Origin: Neocallimastix sp. 'constans'
Lineage: Eukaryota
Assembly (NCBI GenBank): GCA_050613775.1
Contig: JBODTK010000110.1
Coordinates: 186,001-250,000, forward strand
Length of the DNA stretch: 64,000 nucleotides
Reading direction: 5' to 3'
Below are positions 52,811-64,000 of the stretch, piece after piece. Position 1 is the stretch's first letter. Each line of letters opens with the position of its first letter. Below the pieces are notes generated by a model. That model saw only the letters and a program-made list of their open reading frames with translations, searched no databases and was not told where the DNA came from. Position numbers and translations under genes: made by a program.

Positions 52811-53391
52811 TCACTAATTGACCTTCAAGTCATTTCTTTAAAGTACAAGAATAACCGACAACATCGAAGCATAAAACAATACTAACAATATAAATTAAAA
52901 ATTACCGAGCTATGAAATTTGTAATTATTTTTATTTTATATTAATAAAATCATTACATATCATCTACAGTATTACACATAATATCAACGTATTATTAGAT
53001 ATACTCTTATATTTTTATTCATATATATAAATATTTAATATATTATACAATTTTTTTTTATATTTTTATTTTTTTATTTGAAATAAAATTAAAAATTTTT
53101 TAAAGTTATTTTTTTAAATTATATTAAATGATTTATTATTAAACAATAATATATAATATCAAAATATTAAAAAGAATTAAAATAATCTTTTAATTTATTT
53201 TTTTTTATTATATTTAAATCATAATAGTTGAACCATTATAAATTTAATAATTTTAAAATAATTTATATACTTTTATAAATTTATTTAAAAAAATATATAT
53301 ATATATTTGTATTAATTATTTTTATACAAATTGATGATATCAAAAATTTATAATGTCTAGTTTTGGCATTCCTTTTTTTATTATTAAGAGA

Positions 53392-54580
53392 TATTATTTA
53401 TTATTTATTATTTATTATTTATTATTTATTATTTATTATTTATTATTTATTATTTATTATTTATTATTTATTATTTATTATTTATTATTTATTATTTATT
53501 ATTTATTATTTATTATTTATTATTTATTATTTATTATTTATTATTTATTATTTATTATTTATTATTTATTATTTATTATTTATTATTTATTATTATTTAT
53601 TATTTATTATTTATTATTTATTATTTATTATTATTTATTTATTATTTATTTATTATTTATTTATTATTTATTTATTATTCAATTATTTATTATTTATTAT
53701 TTATTATTTATTATTTATTATTTATTATTTATTTATTTATTATTTATTTATTTATTATTTATTTATTATTTATTTATTATTCAATTATTTATTATTTATT
53801 ATTTATTATTTATTATTTATTATTTATTTATTATTCAATTATTTATTATTTATTATTTATTATTTATTATTTATTATTATTTATTATTCAATTATTTATT
53901 AGTTATTATTTATTATTTATTATTTATTTATTTATTATTTATTTATTTATTATTTATTATTTATTTATTATTTATTTATTATTTATTTATTATTTATTTA
54001 TTATTTATTTATTATTCAATTATTTATTATTTATTATTTATTATTTATTATTTATTTATTTATTATTTATTTATTTATTATTTATTTATTATTTATTTAT
54101 TATTCAATTATTTATTATTTATTATTTATTATTTATTATTTATTATTTATTATTTATTATTTATTATTATTTATTATTCAATTATTTATTAGTTATTATT
54201 TATTATTTATTATTTATTTATTTATTTATTATTTATTATTTATTATTTATTATTTATTTATTATTCAATTATTTATTAGTTATTATTTATTATTTATTTA
54301 TTATTCAATTATTTATTAGTTATTATTTATTATTTATTATTTATTATTTATTTATTATTCAATTATTTATTATTTATTATTTATTATTTATTATTTATTA
54401 TTTATTATTATTTATTATTCAATTATTTATTAGTTATTATTTATTATTTATTATTTATTTATTTATTTATTATTTATTATTTATTTATTATTTATTCATT
54501 ATTTATTTATTATTTATTTATTTATTTATTATTTATTATTTATTATTTATTATTCAATTATTTATTATTTATTATTTATA
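53392..54580. repeat. ~1.2-kb degenerate (TTATTTA)n heptamer satellite
   Basis: Continuous TTATTTA array with recurring TTCAA and TAGTT variant units. Confidence 0.92.
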
Positions 54581-55696
54581 GTTTCTATTCAGTCAAAAAA
54601 TAAATTTTCAAAAATAAAAACTTTAATGTATATTATATTATAAATTAATATATAGGTAAACACTATTAATTAATTTTTTATAAAAACATTTAGAATAAAT
54701 AAAATTACAATGGTCTTATTGGCCATTCTATCTCATTCTAATATAAAATTCATTAATATATCAATTATCTAATTTATTTTTCAATATTAAAATAAAATAT
54801 AACTAAATTTGTTTTAATTGAAATTTTAATTTTAGCTTTTTTTTTTTTTTCGAAACTTTAAAAATTTCAATTTTCTTTAAATTTTATATTTTGTATACAT
54901 CTTGATATTTCTCAACAATAATAAAAAATATTGTTTTAAATAATTTATGAATACAGATTTATTTTTTTATTTATATAAATATATGTATGTTATATATAAA
55001 TGTAATATATTCTACTATAATATCGTATATATTATATATTATTTGTATTTGATTTCTTCTATGTAAAATTTATTATATATATATATGAATTTTTTACTAC
55101 TTTTTTTTTTTTTTTTTTGCATTATAATTTTAATTTTAAATATGGTATATAGATATATATGTAATATTATAATTAAATAATATCTACTTACTCCGTACCA
55201 TATCAAAAAAAACATTTAAAATATAAAAATATATAAATTTATTTATTATGATATTATCTAATTTAATATAATTTTTTATTATTTGACAGTATAACAACAG
55301 TGCCCTCTTATTAACTGAAAGATAAATTAAAATTATTTTTGTTAATGATTTAAATAATAATAATATAAATAATAATAATAATAATAATAGTAATAATTAT
55401 TATTATTACGTATGAACGGCTAATTCAAAAATACTATTTGTATATATGCATATTCTTAAATTTAAATAATTAATATAAATAGGAATATTTTATTATTATT
55501 ATTTAATATATTTAATATATTAAATAATATTTTTTTATACAAAGTTTTACATGAAAAGTTAAAAAAAAAAAAAAAAACAGAAATAGGAAAATGGTATTAA
55601 TATTAGGTTCGATTAATAATTTTATATTAATATTTAATTAATAATAACATATATATAATAGTAAAATAATAATTGATAGAATATATAAATATATAA

Positions 55697-55737
<41 letters not shown>

Positions 55738-56057
55738 TTTATCATATAAATTTTAATTTACTATTAATAACACTTTTTTATGAGATTATAGTTATTTATC
55801 CTTACTATAATTATATTTATTATTTATTTATTTTATATTTATTTAATAATTATTTATTCATTTATCTGTATTTATATAAATATTTATTTATTATTGTATT
55901 GACACAAAAGAAAAAAATTTTTTTTTATTATAAATAAAAAGGTTATCTACATATTAATTATTTTTAATGTAACAATTACACAATTTTTTTTTATTATAAA
56001 GAATATCAATTAATTATTATTAAAAATTTTTTTAAAGATTTATTTTCTCTCAAAATA

Positions 56058-56091
<34 letters not shown>

Positions 56092-57417
56092 TATTATTAT
56101 TATTTTCTATTTATAAAAAGATTTTTTTCTGTTATTTATTTGTTTTTTATTGTCTCATTTAATTATATATAAATATAATTAAATACATATAATATAAATT
56201 TAATAAAAATAATAAAAATAATAAAAATTAAATAATAAAAATTGTTTAAAATTATTAGATTTATAATATTGTATTATATTGCATTGTAGTACATTAAATA
56301 CAGAAATTTAATTTTCATAATCCATAATTTGTATTATGAATAGTATTAAATTAATCCTTTGTTAATAATAAATAATTATTTATTAATATTTGTTAATAAA
56401 TTTTAATTATTACTATTTATTATTATTATTATTATTATTCAATATTTTTATATTTAAATTATTTATTTATTTTATTTATTTATTTTTAATTTATTATTTA
56501 TAAAGTAATTTATTATAAATTACATCTTAAAAATATAAAGTATTGAGTAAATATTATTTAACTTCTAAGGTTAAGAAATTTCTTATTTTAAAATTATTAC
56601 TAATCCTTGGCCAATAATAAAATTTCATATTTTAACTTTTTAAAAAAATATATATATTAATTGCTTTCCTATTATAGTTATATTAATTAATATATTATCG
56701 ATTTCAATTTTATTTATTTTATTTATTCTTGAAATATATTGTTGCATACATTAACACAACAATAAAAAATATACACATAATAAATAAAATAATCAAAAGG
56801 GAAGTCCCAGTCTCATAATAAGACTTTTAACATGATAATAAAAGTTTGGTTTTTTGTATTATCAATTCATCATTAATTACTTTGAGGGCAGTACTTTTTC
56901 TTGTAGTTGATCTAAAAACAATATAACATTCATAAAGAAAAAACAACAGTAAAAAAAACTATATCTACGAGAAGTTAATTTTTTTTTTATTATATACATG
57001 GAAAAACATTAAATGTAATAGGTGATTCAATTCTCTACTCATTAAAATCAAGTAAAGTTGTATTAATATACTAGCAGGGTGAAAATATTTATTTCAAAGT
57101 ATTGATGAGATAACAACTTATTATTATACCAGAATTGAAAATTAAATTGAATAATTGAAGTCGTGTCGAGTAGGTCAAAAACCTAAAGTTTCTACAGTGA
57201 CTTGTATTGTCCTAACCGACTGTTCTTTAGTGGTAACTTAACACAAAATAATATAAAAAAATAAAAAATTATAATTACTAATAATTGTATAATATAATAT
57301 ATAAAAATTATACAATAAATATTTATATATATTTCTTTATTAAAACAGAAGGTTTTCTGTGTTTTCTAATATAATATAAAGAAAAAAAATTATTCCTATG
57401 AAATATTACAAAATACT

Positions 57418-57562
57418 TTAATATATATATATTATCTAAATAATAGTATTAAATGATAATAAAAATAATATATATATACATTATCTAAATAATAGGATTA
57501 AATGATAATAAAAATAATATATATATTATCTAAATAATAGGATTAAATGATAATAAAAATAA
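57418..57562. repeat. Tandem repeat, ~46-bp unit, 3 copies
   Basis: ATTATCTAAATAATAG(T/G)ATTAAATGATAATAAAAATAAT(AT)n repeated three times. Confidence 0.8.
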
Positions 57563-58041
57563 TGATAAATTTTTATAGATATTTTTTTTTTTATTTAATA
57601 ATTTAATATAAATATTTATTATTTATTATTTAAATACAGAAATAAATGAGTATAAAATTTTAAAAATAACCCTTTTTTTAATTTTAATTTCTGTATTTTT
57701 TTATTTTGACATTTTAATTTTATTTTGGATAAAAATTAATTTTATATGAAAAAAAAGAAAAAGAATTTTTTATTTGAGTTTATTATTTTCATATTTGTTG
57801 TAGAATTTAAGTAATGGATTGCCATTAATATTTATATTATTATTTTATGTAATATATAATATATAAAATACTCTTTATTGAGTATTGTAAATTAATATTT
57901 TCAGTAATAAATATTAGTATTATGGAAAAAAAAAAAAAATACAAAATATTTTTTAATAAAAAAGATTATCAATAACAAATAAAAATTTTATTGGTAGATT
58001 CAAGATTAAGTTCTAAATAAAAATTTTTTTTTTTTATTTTA

Positions 58042-58074
<33 letters not shown>

Positions 58075-58751
58075 GATTATTATTATGATTATTATTATGA
58101 TTATTATTATGATTATTTTATTTTAAAAAAATAATCATAGTTTCTATTGATATAAAAGTTAACTCTTTATTAATATATCACATATATAATATAGATATAT
58201 ATTTATATATATACTTTTTCTTTTTTTTTTTTTATATTCATTTATTGATTTATTATAAATATCAACTTCGTATTATTGTATATACACGAATGAATTTATT
58301 TTAAAAGAAAACTCTTTTGTTTTATTTGTTTTAATAACCATAATTTCTATAATAATACAATTTAACATTTTGTATGTGACTTTAATAATTATTCTTTTTT
58401 TTTCCTATAAATGGTATATTTTAATTAAATACTTTATAGAATATATAATAATAATATATATATATTTTAGAATAAAAAAATAAAAAAATAAAAAATAAAA
58501 AATAGAAAAAAATTGAAATATGTAAATTTATATTTAATTAAATGATAATAATTTCATGGCTTTATTGAATTTTTTTTTTATGATAATAAATAAAAATAAA
58601 ACAAAAATGAACAAAAAAAAAATGAAAGAGGAAAAATAATACATATCTAAAAAAAGAGTTTTAATGATAAACTTTATAAACTTTTTTTCTCTGTATTTTA
58701 TATATAATAAAGTATTATTACAGAACTTTTATAGATGACAATTTTTAATGT

Positions 58752-63732
<4,981 letters not shown>

Positions 63733-64000
63733 TATATATAATTTTATAATAATAATAACAAAAAAAAAAAAAATATAATATATATATATATATAATAATA
63801 ATAATATATATATCATATATATATTTAATAATAAATAATATGTTTTATATATAATAATAAATTTCAATAATAATTAATATATCAATTAATAATAGTTTAT
63901 TGAAAATTAATAATTATATAAATAAAAAAATTTTTTTTTTGCATATATATATTATTATAATTATAATTATTATTGTGATGATGATGATGAACATACATAT

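Noticed and set aside
53353..54192. 279-aa and 179-aa hydrophobic ORFs
   Set aside because: Translations of the TTATTTA satellite.
53392..54580. Interstitial telomere
   Set aside because: No G-rich strand or TTAGGG-like unit; genes continue on both sides.

Overview
Extremely AT-rich eukaryotic DNA with GT-AG introns, long homopolymers and microsatellites. The style suggests an anaerobic gut fungus (Neocallimastigomycota), but this is inference from composition only. Host genes: a 2-exon PX-domain protein (+), a frameshifted 4-TM membrane-protein gene (+), a 7-exon coiled-coil/W2-domain/acidic-tail protein (-), a metallophosphoesterase pseudogene remnant (-), a giant single-exon glycogenin with a ~1450-aa repeat extension (-), and the 3' part of a multi-exon membrane protein that runs off the window (-). 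The main feature is a ~12-kb island (27.8-39.9 kb) of non-LTR retrotransposons (LINEs), all on the minus strand and nested in each other. It holds one intact, TSD-flanked, single-ORF element (RRM-like + APE + RT + Zn knuckle). Three insertions have readable TSDs, and all three landed inside other LINE copies. A ~140-nt structured 5' motif (pseudoknot plus hairpins) is shared by otherwise divergent LINE copies. Exon boundaries and RNA pairings were derived by eye; no searches were run.
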